A stretch of DNA of 62,804 bases, counting the filler, from Aduncisulcus paluster (Eukaryota), in assembly GCA_024181965.1 (NCBI GenBank). It is 4 parts of 4 records of this genome, joined end to end, with 100 filler letters (N's around TTAATTAATTAA, not from the genome) between each part and the next. Parts side by side here need not be neighbours in the genome. Positions count along the whole stretch, not along the records: positions 42,388 to 54,576 come from BQXS01012578.1; 3 more parts are not named here. One strand, written 5' to 3'. Made by a program: the position numbers and the translations under genes. Numbering within the stretch: position 1 is the stretch's first letter; each line of letters begins with the position of its first letter. Positions 44,632 through 54,676 of this stretch are shown here, piece by piece. Below the pieces are notes generated by a model. It was not told the origin of the DNA. It made no database searches and saw nothing but the letters and a program-made list of their open reading frames with translations.

Positions 44632-46638
44632 TTATATTTTATCAAATATTAAAGAATCAAATGGGGATTCTTCTTTTCCATCCTTGGGATCTTTAATTTT
44701 AAGAGCTTGTTGAGACAAAGCATCGAGTTGTTTCTGCAACAGGTTCTGAAATGATTCTTGAGGTGTAAGTTTTCGCTTTGTAGCACCTTTGACCATCGCA
44801 TCAACGCCAAATGAGTCAGGTTTGCTCTTGGGGAAATCATCTTCTTCAGCTTCTTTCTCCTTTTCTTTGCTTTCAGTCTCTTCTTTGTCTTTTCTATCAT
44901 CATCTCCCTTGCTCTGACCTTCAACAATATCAATACTACTTAAACCAATGTCCGAGGAACCTTCTGGCCTTTGTGGATGGCTTACGGTATCTCCTGTGAA
45001 AAAGTCAAATATTTTCAACGGATCATCTTTCTTTTTTGAAGAATCTCCATCTTCTTGCTCATTTTCATCCTTATCTTCTCCATCTTTCGCTTTATCTTGG
45101 TATTTTTCTTCTTTCTTTTTGTCTTGTTGTTCAGATTTCTCCGACAATTGTTTTAATAATTCCTTTTGGATCACAGAACCAGCTGTCCCGAATACACTAT
45201 TTGTCATGAATGAATTCATAAATTCAGCCTTTGACGGTTGTTGGGGCAGGGCATCCAACACAGGGCCCTGAGATGTGATAGAAGAGGATGAAATGGGATG
45301 ATCTTCCCCACAGGCAACACAACTCTTCTCTTTCTTGCAATCACCGTCTTCCCCAATAATGTGTTTGACAGCTCCAGTGCCTTGTATATCGCATATATCA
45401 GACACGGGAGAGAGGGTGCCTGTGGGCTGAAGGCCAAGAAGAAGTTCTAGTTGATGAGCAATACGCTCTTCTTTCTTTTTGGGATGACCATCAGAGGTCG
45501 TTGTCTTTCCATCGCTTCCTTCTTTCACTCCCTCTTCTTGTTTCTCTGTGCCATCGCCCTCTGCTGTATCTTTTCCCTTCCCCATGACAACATCTTGGCC
45601 CAGACTTAAAGGGACATACACGGCGGAAGACATGGCACCACTTGTAGCAGTTACAACATCATCTCCATCTTCCTCGACTCCACATGCATGTGAAAGACTG
45701 GTAGATGGCCATCCTTTGGATTCTCCAAGGTTTTTCCATACCTCAAGGATTTTGTTGGCCTTTTCAAACACCTCGACAGCTTGGGCGAGTTCAGGTGTCG
45801 GAATTCCTCCTGAAGTACTCTCCATCTTCTGTTTGAGGGCCTGTAATGAAGTTGACAAGGCAGAAGCAATACTCATAGCCGTTTCATCAGAATGAGTGGC
45901 CTCTGCAGAAAGTCCAATTGAACGCGATCTTTTCATAACAGCAAGAAGTACATCAGAAGTGGATGATAGAATTCCAATGGCATCATCCTGTTGGGAAGAA
46001 GGGAATGTGCCTGGAATACTTTGAGGCACAGCTGTATGGTGATGGTGACCATGATGAGGAACAGTCTGAACTTCAGATGCCACGGACATCGGGATACTGA
46101 CCTGAGATAAGGAAGTACTCATGGTCTCAGAAAGAACAGATATCTCAGATTCATCAGGGTTTGGTAAATGATATCCGAGGGCACGTAATTGGGTAGCAAT
46201 ATGACTGATAGGCGGGTTCATACCACCAAGAGTAATAGCCCATAAGGAGAGAAGATACATTGCCCGCTTCCGCACGTGAGTAGCTTTTTTGGGGGATTCA
46301 ATAAGATGAGTTAAAATTGCCAAGAATTTGGGAGAAGCCAGATGTTGAGGAATGTGTGAACAATTCTTTGCAAGAGCATCAACAATATTCAAAGTATCAA
46401 TAAGTGTTCGACTTTCATCCGATTGCGATAGCCGGTATCTCACAGCCATCATGAGATCATGAGCATTTGCAGGATTGCTATTCACCATATCAACAAGACC
46501 AAGAACACGGCTCCAATTTAAGGCAGAAACGGCATATTCATCAGAATCAGAGGATAAGGTTGTATCAAGACGGCGTAACCACAATGCTTTTTTCGATCCA
46601 GGTATTACTACTTTTGACAAGAAATGAGATTTGGGCAT
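44632..46638 (-). CDS. VHS-domain protein (Tom1/Hrs-like endosomal adaptor)
   Basis: LNWSRVLGLVDMVN...AVRYRL...TLNIVDALAKNC...LASPKFL...VRKRAMYLLSLWA, followed by a helical GAT-like segment and a disordered tail. Confidence 0.78.
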   Translation of the reverse strand: MPKSHFLSKVVIPGSKKALWLRRLDTTLSSDSDEYAVSALNWSRVLGLVDMVNSNPANAHDLMMAVRYRLSQSDESRTLIDTLNIVDALAKNCSHIPQHLASPKFLAILTHLIESPKKATHVRKRAMYLLSLWAITLGGMNPPISHIATQLRALGYHLPNPDESEISVLSETMSTSLSQVSIPMSVASEVQTVPHHGHHHHTAVPQSIPGTFPSSQQDDAIGILSSTSDVLLAVMKRSRSIGLSAEATHSDETAMSIASALSTSLQALKQKMESTSGGIPTPELAQAVEVFEKANKILEVWKNLGESKGWPSTSLSHACGVEEDGDDVVTATSGAMSSAVYVPLSLGQDVVMGKGKDTAEGDGTEKQEEGVKEGSDGKTTTSDGHPKKKEERIAHQLELLLGLQPTGTLSPVSDICDIQGTGAVKHIIGEDGDCKKEKSCVACGEDHPISSSSITSQGPVLDALPQQPSKAEFMNSFMTNSVFGTAGSVIQKELLKQLSEKSEQQDKKKEEKYQDKAKDGEDKDENEQEDGDSSKKKDDPLKIFDFFTGDTVSHPQRPEGSSDIGLSSIDIVEGQSKGDDDRKDKEETESKEKEKEAEEDDFPKSKPDSFGVDAMVKGATKRKLTPQESFQNLLQKQLDALSQQALKIKDPKDGKEESPFDSLIFDKI

Positions 46639-47305
46639 ATTACTGAAATAAAATGAACTATATCGATCAAATCAAATAGCAGACAATAAAAATAAAATAA
46701 TTACGATTAAAATATAACAATATGATGATTGAATACAATCAATATCGACAAAACATAATCAAATACGATGGAGAATTGACAACATTCGTAAAAACGAAGG
46801 ACGGAAACAACCTACACTCGCCTTAATACATCAGATTATCATTAATAAATTAACGAAGAATAATATTTCAGGGCTAGAATAAGGAAAAACTCACCCAATT
46901 AAACGAATAATATGAATGATCAGCAACGGATCTTTCCAGATAAATAATATCATAATTCACATAAAATACTTAATGATTAGGAGATATTCAAAATGAAATG
47001 AACACTGTATATCGCTCACATTTTCAATTTTTAAAAATCTATCATTGAAGGATCAACTAGTAAATTAAATATGATTCCCAATCTTTAATATACAATTTAC
47101 ACAATAATAAATGACTTAATCATAAAATAAATAAACATAGCTCCCAAAAAGAAGCATTAATATGCGCTGCATGTTGTATTGATATATTATGATTATAAAT
47201 AGTTTATCTGTTATAAATAACGAAATATACTTATCAACTATCATAAAAATATGAGAAAATCTTCAGTTTAAGAAAAATCAAATGAAATGAGCATTTTGCG
47301 TGTGA

Positions 47306-48427
47306 GTGCAAATGGAATTTTCCATAGATGAGTTTCTTGATGAAATGAAACAAGAGAGAAAGGTTCAAATGGAACTTGTAGAAGAGTTGTCGAAGCAGAA
47401 AGACATATTACAACAAAAAGTAACTGAATTGGAAGTTCTGCTGGATTCCAAGAACAAAAAGCTTGAAAAAATTGAAAGTGAGAGTGAACCAATAACAGTT
47501 GCTGAATTAATGGATGAATTAAAGAAGGTTAGAACGATATATCATTCGACCGTTACTGAGCTCAAACAAAAGCTTGCTCAACTCCAAAGTGATAAAGATT
47601 CCCTTTCATTCGATTTAGAAAGGATGCGGGCGGCAGGACTTGCGCTTGAAACCCGGACTCAAAGCCTTTACTCTCAACTTGAAAAATATGACAACGTTTT
47701 ACTTGAATCCAGACAGCAATGCGAGACTTATCAAGCTGAATTAAAGGAATATAAAATTAAAGTGAAATCAATGGAGCTTGAAAATCAACAAATGACGAGT
47801 TCTATTGAGAGAATGGATATTGAGATATCTTCTCTTAAATCTTCAAATTATATGTTGAAAAAAGAAGTAGAAAAATCGAAATCGATAAGCAAAGATACAA
47901 AAATAGATGAAATTGAGAAGATATATTCAGAGGCGAAAGATATCCTTCAAGCTGAGATTGTCGAGCTTCGAAAAGATCTTTCTTCTTCTCAAAGCAAGGC
48001 GAAAACCCTTGAATCAGAATTAAAGACACAAACCGATTTATTCAAAAGTTCCAGTTTGCACTTTGAAAATACAATCTCCTCAAAAGAAACCATTATTTCA
48101 GATCTCAACGAAAAGAATGAAGAATTAACATTGTCCAACTCTGAAATGAAGGAGAAAATTGTTATTTTAGAAAACAAATGCCATCTTTTGACCGACCAAT
48201 TAAATCAATACGAAGATCATACAGATGTAGAGTCTGAAAGTAAGCTGAAGCGTCTTGAATTCCGTTTATTCCAAGCATTGTGTACGATAGAAGACCTTAA
48301 AACACCCCTCACTGCAAAAAAACCGTCAATTCAGGTATCACAGGATATGACATCCGATGATACGATCGGAAAAAGAAGAATAGCCGATGAAGAATTAACT
48401 TTGTTGGATCTATCGCTCAAGAAATAA
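47306..48427 (+). CDS. Coiled-coil protein
   Basis: 373-aa ORF rich in E/K/L heptads; first ATG at 47312. Confidence 0.7.
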   Translation: MQMEFSIDEFLDEMKQERKVQMELVEELSKQKDILQQKVTELEVLLDSKNKKLEKIESESEPITVAELMDELKKVRTIYHSTVTELKQKLAQLQSDKDSLSFDLERMRAAGLALETRTQSLYSQLEKYDNVLLESRQQCETYQAELKEYKIKVKSMELENQQMTSSIERMDIEISSLKSSNYMLKKEVEKSKSISKDTKIDEIEKIYSEAKDILQAEIVELRKDLSSSQSKAKTLESELKTQTDLFKSSSLHFENTISSKETIISDLNEKNEELTLSNSEMKEKIVILENKCHLLTDQLNQYEDHTDVESESKLKRLEFRLFQALCTIEDLKTPLTAKKPSIQVSQDMTSDDTIGKRRIADEELTLLDLSLKK

Positions 48428-48493
48428 GAAAATTATTCAAATGTGAAAGAAAAAGAGCTTTATTTTACTGGAATGGAGTTGAACGAAATGTAA

Positions 48494-49849
48494 TTATATT
48501 ATTTTGCATAATTTTGCAATTTTACGATTATATTCATTAGAAATTGGAATCCCCTGTGAGACGTCACATAAACAGAGATATGCTCGCAACACGAAATCTA
48601 AGAAATAAAATGCAACATCACTCAACTCTTTCACATCAAATTCCTCGGACATGGGAATTCCACGCTGTTCACAGAACTGTGAGTATGATCTTTGGACTTG
48701 ATGTAAATTCTGCATTTTTTCCCTTACCTTAGCAAAGTTATCAGTCAATTCATTCTCTGCAACGCCCGTTCTGAAGCGTAGAACATGCTCCAACTCGAGA
48801 GAACTAAAAGCTCTTATCAAATCATTTGTATCGAGCGATAAAAGACTCATATCCACTGGACGAGACACAGGAGAGGTTTTCCTTGTCTCCATGCTTGCAA
48901 TGTCAGCCTGTACTTTCATGGGACCCATTGAAGCACTAAGATGTTCATGGCTGGGGGAGTGAGAAATCGCTGTTGAATTAGGTGACACAGCAGCTGCTCT
49001 AACACCGTGTGTTCCAATCATTCCATGCATTAGAACATCCTCTGCTTCACCCTTAATGCTGCTTGACGATATTGGGACACCAACACTCGGTTGATGAACG
49101 ATGCCTTCGGCCTCACGTTGTTCTCTCTCTTTCTTCTCTCGTTCTCTCGCTATTATATCCATTTTCTCAAGCTGACGAAGCCTATAATTAGCACCAACAG
49201 TAAGGTATCCAAAATCAGCAAGCCATCTCGAGATAACATATTTCTCTTCTTGTAGAGCCAATTGATGGGCAAAATGGGAACTAGGATTGAATGTATACGC
49301 ATTTTTATATACCTGTAATATATCTTTAAGCACTAGGGACGGGTGTAAATATTGTTTGTTGTCAAGCTTAGCCTTAATTACAATATAAGACATCGGATTC
49401 TTAATAACTTCGAAATATGTGGGACAGTGATGTTTTTTGGGGTCAACAGGATATGTAAACCACGCTGCTCCATCTTTTCTTTGCGAAATGGAAGTGAATA
49501 CATCGAGAACACGCTCCCAAACTGAATCTTTAGGATCCACTTTGAAAGCACCTGAAACTTCTTCTTCATCAACAAGACTCTGATATAATTCAGGGCCTTG
49601 ACTCACGGATCTACGCCGGCGAGATGATTTTATGTCAGGAAGCGAGGGAATGGGGCCTTGCTTCGTAGCGCACTTTAGAAGATCAGGTTTCGAGATATCA
49701 CCGAGATATTGCGGACTATCGCTTGAAATACCGTCAATAATGTCATCAATATATTGAATACAAGCATGATAAGCCTTAATCTTCCGTTCAGCAGCAAACA
49801 AGCTAGCTAGAAACGGAGATAATCGAGAAGTATGCCGTACACGCCTCAT
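48494..49849 (-). CDS. Bromodomain protein
   Basis: AWFTYPVDP...PTYFEVIKNPMSY..IKAKL...Y...DILQVYKNAYTFN, with the conserved acetyl-lysine-binding Asn. Confidence 0.88.
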   Translation of the reverse strand: MRRVRHTSRLSPFLASLFAAERKIKAYHACIQYIDDIIDGISSDSPQYLGDISKPDLLKCATKQGPIPSLPDIKSSRRRRSVSQGPELYQSLVDEEEVSGAFKVDPKDSVWERVLDVFTSISQRKDGAAWFTYPVDPKKHHCPTYFEVIKNPMSYIVIKAKLDNKQYLHPSLVLKDILQVYKNAYTFNPSSHFAHQLALQEEKYVISRWLADFGYLTVGANYRLRQLEKMDIIAREREKKEREQREAEGIVHQPSVGVPISSSSIKGEAEDVLMHGMIGTHGVRAAAVSPNSTAISHSPSHEHLSASMGPMKVQADIASMETRKTSPVSRPVDMSLLSLDTNDLIRAFSSLELEHVLRFRTGVAENELTDNFAKVREKMQNLHQVQRSYSQFCEQRGIPMSEEFDVKELSDVAFYFLDFVLRAYLCLCDVSQGIPISNEYNRKIAKLCKII

Positions 49850-50496
49850 ATCCCAAAATAATTTTGGATATGTTAAAAATAAAACGACAATTCCTTTTAA
49901 AGGTGGACAAAATTGGAGTTAGACAATTTTTCATCGAGTGAAGGAAGAAAGCAAAGTGAAAAAAAGCAATTATTAATTCTTGCAGATAAATTTTAAATAA
50001 AAATGCTTTCTGTTTTTCAAATTAATAATTGGAAGTCGAGACTCCTTTAGAAAATTGTGTACACTTACAAAATGAAAAGATCGGAAATGTAATTTATAAT
50101 TTTCATTAATAAATGCGAAATACTAATTGCATTTAGTCAAGATTAGAAAGATATTCGCTTTTTCGGGAAGCTAAACGGAATGGAAAACCGTCACTATACA
50201 AAACTATTTAATGCGACCTAACTCATAAATTTAATGTATTATTATATTTTAAGGATTTTACATAATATTTTCCATAGGATAACTCAGTAATATAAATCTT
50301 AGATATCACACAAAATAACCAATAAAACATAAAAATACATGATAAAACATTAAATAAAATCGGAATAAATTGTGTTTATCGCCAAGCAAAATTCATCCTT
50401 CCTTATCATGCCACCACAATTTGATTTGGCTAATCTGCGGATTCCTTCTCCTTTTTCTTCTTCTTTGAAGCCACAAACAGATCTGAAAAAGTCAAA

Positions 50497-52659
50497 ATGG
50501 GTTTATTAGATCTCAATATTTTCAATTCAGGCTCTATTGGGGTTAAAGATGAAAGTGAATCAGGTCTAGAATACTCAATAATTTTCTGTGTTGTTATCAT
50601 TGTCACGCTCATCTTATTTCTCATTCATAAACTTCAAAAGAAGATATTGTTTCCAGAATGCATAGTTGTTATCATTATTGGAATGATTTTCGGTATTTTT
50701 ATTCATTTGGCTGGCCATACGCTCGAATCTCTTTTATCTTTTGACTCGAATGCATTTTTTATGATTTTTTTGCCTCCTATTATTTTTGAAGGTGGCTATA
50801 ATATGAATAAGTCCATGTTTTTCCGTAACATTGGATCAATCTTCTTGTTTGCTTTTGTTGGTACAATAATATCCACTATATTCATTGGTCTTTTCCTTTG
50901 GGCCTTGTCATCTTCTGGGATCTTTGCAAATGGTTATTCGTTCCTTGACTGTTTCGCTTATGGATCCATCATATCAGCCGTCGATCCTGTGGCAACTCTT
51001 GCCATCTTTTCTGTGATGGACGCCAATCCAATTCTTCACATGCTCGTATTCGGAGAGTCTGTAATCAATGATGCAGTTTCTATGGTTTTGTTTAACACAT
51101 TTATGAAGTTTTATGAACATCCAAACGTTGATTTCGTGACTATCCTCTCGATTATTGGCTCTTTCCTTCTTGCCAGCATCGGGAGTATTTTCATTGGTAT
51201 TTCCATGGCTGTCATATGTGCCCTGTTCTTTAAGTACATTAACCTTCGCCAATTCCCTCATTTCGAATTTGTTTTAATGTTTTGTTTCTCCTATTTGTCT
51301 TATATGCTTGCCGAAGCAGCAGAACTGTCTGGAATTATGGCCATATTGTTCTGTGATCCAATTCTTCACATGCTCGTATTCGGAGAGTCTGTAATCAATG
51401 ATGCAGTTTCTATGGTTTTGTTTAACACATTTATGAAGTTTTATGAACATCCAAACGTTGATTTCGTGACTATCCTCTCGATTATTGGCTCTTTCCTTCT
51501 TGCCAGCATCGGGAGTATTTTCATTGGTATTTCCATGGCTGTCATATGTGCCCTGTTCTTTAAGTACATTAACCTTCGCCAATTCCCTCATTTCGAATTT
51601 GTTTTAATGTTTTGTTTCTCCTATTTGTCTTATATGCTTGCCGAAGCAGCAGAACTGTCTGGAATTATGGCCATATTGTTCTGTGCTATCGTGATCTCGC
51701 AGTATGCCCAATATAACATTAGTGATCGTTGTCGTCGGGCTTATGCTGAAGTCGTGAAAAGTCTTTCATTTGCCACGGAAAATATCGTATTTATCTTCCT
51801 TGGTTCATCTCTTTTCTGTCAAACTTTGAGTTGGGATTTTGCTCTGATCGTGTTTACATTCATTGGAATCGTCATTGGGCGTGCTCTAAACATATTCCCT
51901 CTCTCTGCGCTTCTAAATACCAAAAGAAAGCCGAAGATCAATGGTAAGTTCCAATTTGTGATGTTTTGGAGTGGTTTGCGTGGAGCTATCGCCTTTGCGT
52001 TGACTCTTTCCATGCCTTACTATGCTGAAACTTTCACCAGCACCACCCTAATCATTGTTATGATCACAATTGTCTTGTTTGGAGGTACGACAGCCCCAAT
52101 ATTGCAGAAACTTCACCTCACTCGGAAGGATGGAGTCGATGTCACTGAGTCTGGGTCTACCGACGCCCGAAGTGGTGGAAAAGCTGTTGTTGACGGTCTT
52201 TCGATGCTTCCAGGGAAGAAAATGAGTCGCATGGAACAGTGGGAAAGAGAGAAGATCCGCCCGTTGTTGTTGAAGCCAGGTATCATTGTTGAGGATAACG
52301 AAGAAGATGTCGTTTATATGGCTAAGATTGGAGATTCTGAGGAGGATACACACGAGGAGCACAAAGTCATCAGGGCTGGTGATTTCAGGACACCTTTTGC
52401 TGGCAGGAAGAGAGTATTTAGCACGGAAGAAGGAGATCTGGGTGCTGGAGCCAGATTTGATCTCACGACTTCCTTGCTCACTCAGGGACAACGTGAGCTT
52501 GTGGACGGATACGATAACAGCTATGGCAGTGGGAGATCAAAGAAGAACAAGAAGAGGGCTCAAGACGATGTTTTGCTGGATATTCCTGGCGGGAGTGAAG
52601 ACTTTGGTACAGGTCGAAGATGGGATGTGCATGAAACTGGGGATTTAGGATCCATCTAA
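50497..52659 (+). CDS. Na+/H+ exchanger (CPA1, intracellular NHE8/NHX-like), with an internal 110-aa exact duplication
   Basis: FFMIFLPPIIFEGGY, SAVDPVATLAIF, LVFGESVINDAVS, LSGIMAILFC, WSGLRGAIAFAL. Confidence 0.92.
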   Translation: MGLLDLNIFNSGSIGVKDESESGLEYSIIFCVVIIVTLILFLIHKLQKKILFPECIVVIIIGMIFGIFIHLAGHTLESLLSFDSNAFFMIFLPPIIFEGGYNMNKSMFFRNIGSIFLFAFVGTIISTIFIGLFLWALSSSGIFANGYSFLDCFAYGSIISAVDPVATLAIFSVMDANPILHMLVFGESVINDAVSMVLFNTFMKFYEHPNVDFVTILSIIGSFLLASIGSIFIGISMAVICALFFKYINLRQFPHFEFVLMFCFSYLSYMLAEAAELSGIMAILFCDPILHMLVFGESVINDAVSMVLFNTFMKFYEHPNVDFVTILSIIGSFLLASIGSIFIGISMAVICALFFKYINLRQFPHFEFVLMFCFSYLSYMLAEAAELSGIMAILFCAIVISQYAQYNISDRCRRAYAEVVKSLSFATENIVFIFLGSSLFCQTLSWDFALIVFTFIGIVIGRALNIFPLSALLNTKRKPKINGKFQFVMFWSGLRGAIAFALTLSMPYYAETFTSTTLIIVMITIVLFGGTTAPILQKLHLTRKDGVDVTESGSTDARSGGKAVVDGLSMLPGKKMSRMEQWEREKIRPLLLKPGIIVEDNEEDVVYMAKIGDSEEDTHEEHKVIRAGDFRTPFAGRKRVFSTEEGDLGAGARFDLTTSLLTQGQRELVDGYDNSYGSGRSKKNKKRAQDDVLLDIPGGSEDFGTGRRWDVHETGDLGSI
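51026..51685. repeat. 330-bp exact in-frame tandem duplication inside the NHE gene
   Basis: 51026-51355 = 51356-51685. Confidence 0.9.
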
Positions 52660-53207
52660 GAATGGTGGTCAATATTAATATTATTTATACTGTTATCTCT
52701 TTAGATATTGTATTGAATAATGAAATCTTATGTTGGATTCTTTTGCTTATAACATTTTTGTCGTTCAAAGTGTATATTATCGGATCTTTTACTCAATTAT
52801 TTGATTTTTGTGTACAAATGAAAAAACATAAATTCGTATTACCGAAATTTTCTTTCTCTTGTTTTTTTTGTACTCCACTGGAGTGGCGGCCACTTTTTTT
52901 TTTTTTGATTTTTTGGAAATAAAATAACATAATAATAAATTAATTTGTTTCATATTTTATTATTGAATGTTTTCTTGTGTTTAATTTTGAATAATATTAT
53001 GTGTATCATCCAGGATCAGCATCCTCAAAATCGAGTCCGAAAAAAACCTGTTTTGTCAAGAATCTAACATACAACCAATAGTATGTGCGGATATAATTCA
53101 TATTTTTAGCCAAAATATAGACTTTAGGACGTTTTTATTTACGAATAATGATTGTATCTACAATCTATTGTTTTCTTTTTATTATTATTCCTAGTTTTAT
53201 CAACTCA

Positions 53208-54536
53208 ATGAGTCTTTTTGGTAGTTCTTCCGGTGGTGGTCTGTTTGGTGGTTCCTCTGATAAGAAAGAATCATCTTCCGGTAGTGGTCTGTTTGGTGGT
53301 TCCTCTGATACTATCATTCTTAGTAAGAAAGAACCATCCTCCGGTAGTCTGTTTGGTAGTTCCTCTGAAGAGAAAGAAGCAAAGGAAAATAATGGTTCTA
53401 TTTCTGGGGACGACAAAAAAAGTTCGAGTGGATTTGCCAGTCATTCTTCTGAGAAGGATACACCCGCATCGAATGATTCTCCATCTGATGTACATTCTAG
53501 TGGTATTGTTGATTCTTTACCTATATCTGAAACTTCAACATCAAAATCTGGGGTGTTGCTTGAAGATAAAGGTGAATCAGAAAAATCCAATCCAACATTA
53601 CACGCCGAATTAAACGAGCATGATTCCGTCGATGAAGCTGACAAAACGGAAGATGGTCAACACGAAGAAATCAAATCAACATCCGATGTTGATGAGTCAT
53701 CACCTTGTACAGTATCAGAAAAGAAAAAATCCTCTGAAGAAAGTATTTTGAAGACGCATATTGATAGTACGGAAGAAAATTCATTGTGTACAATCAGTGG
53801 AAGTTCTGGTAAAACAATTCTTCTGGGTTCTACAAGTCCGGGTGAAACTCCACAAGAAGGCCAATCATCTTCCGGCGGTGGTATCTCTGGTGATTCCTCT
53901 GAAAAGAAAGAATCCTCTTCCTGTGGTGGTATCTTTGGTGATTCTTCTTCCGGTTCTTCTTCCTGTGGTGGTATCTTTGGTGGTTCTTCTTCCAGTTCCT
54001 CTGAAAAGAAAGAATCCTCTTCCTGTGGTGGTATCTTTGGTGATTCTTCTTCCGGTTCTTCTTCGTGTGGTATCATCTTTGGTGATTCTTCTTCCGGTTC
54101 ATCTTCCAAGAAGGCCAATCATCTTCCGGCGGTGGTATCTCTGGTGAGGCGGTGGTATCTCTGGTGTTCCTCTGAAAAGAAAGAATCCTCTTCCTGTGGT
54201 GGTATCTTTGGTGATTCTTCTTCCGGTTCTTCTTCCTGTGGTGGTATCTTTGGTGGTTCTTCTTCCAGTTCCTCTGAAAAGAAAGAATCCTCTTCCTGTG
54301 GTGGTATCTTTGGTGATTCTTCTTCCAGTTCTCTGAAAAGAAAGAATCTCTTGGTGTTCTTCTTCCAGTTCCTCTGAAAAGAAAGAATCCTCTTCCTGTG
54401 GTGGTATCTTTGGTGATTCTTCTTCCGGTTCTTCTTCCTGTGGTGGTATCTTTGGTGATTCTTCTTCCGGTTCTTCTTCCTGTGGTGGTATCTTTGGTGG
54501 TTCTTCTTCCAGTTCCTCTGAAAAGAAACAGTTCCT
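53208..54536 (+). CDS. Low-complexity Ser/Gly-rich protein with GLFG/GIFG repeats (FG-nucleoporin-like); frameshifted and truncated near contig end
   Basis: MSLFGSSSGGGLFGG..., repeated EKKESSSCGGIFGDSSSGSS units; tandem DNA repeats at about 53880-54530. Confidence 0.5.
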
Positions 54537-54576
54537 CTATCGTGATCTCGCAGTATGCCCAATATAACATTAGTGA

Positions 54577-54676
54577 NNNNNNNNNNNNNNNNNNNNNNNN
54601 NNNNNNNNNNNNNNNNNNNNTTAATTAATTAANNNNNNNNNNNNNNNNNNNNNNNNNNNNNNNNNNNNNNNNNNNN
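54577..54676. other. Artificial contig-joining spacer
   Basis: N44-TTAATTAATTAA-N44. Confidence 0.95.

Noticed and set aside
53880..54530. Repeat array as CRISPR-like or a Fanzor guide array
   Set aside because: No unique spacers; the units are codon-phased and encode SSCGGIFG; it is on a different contig from the Fanzor.
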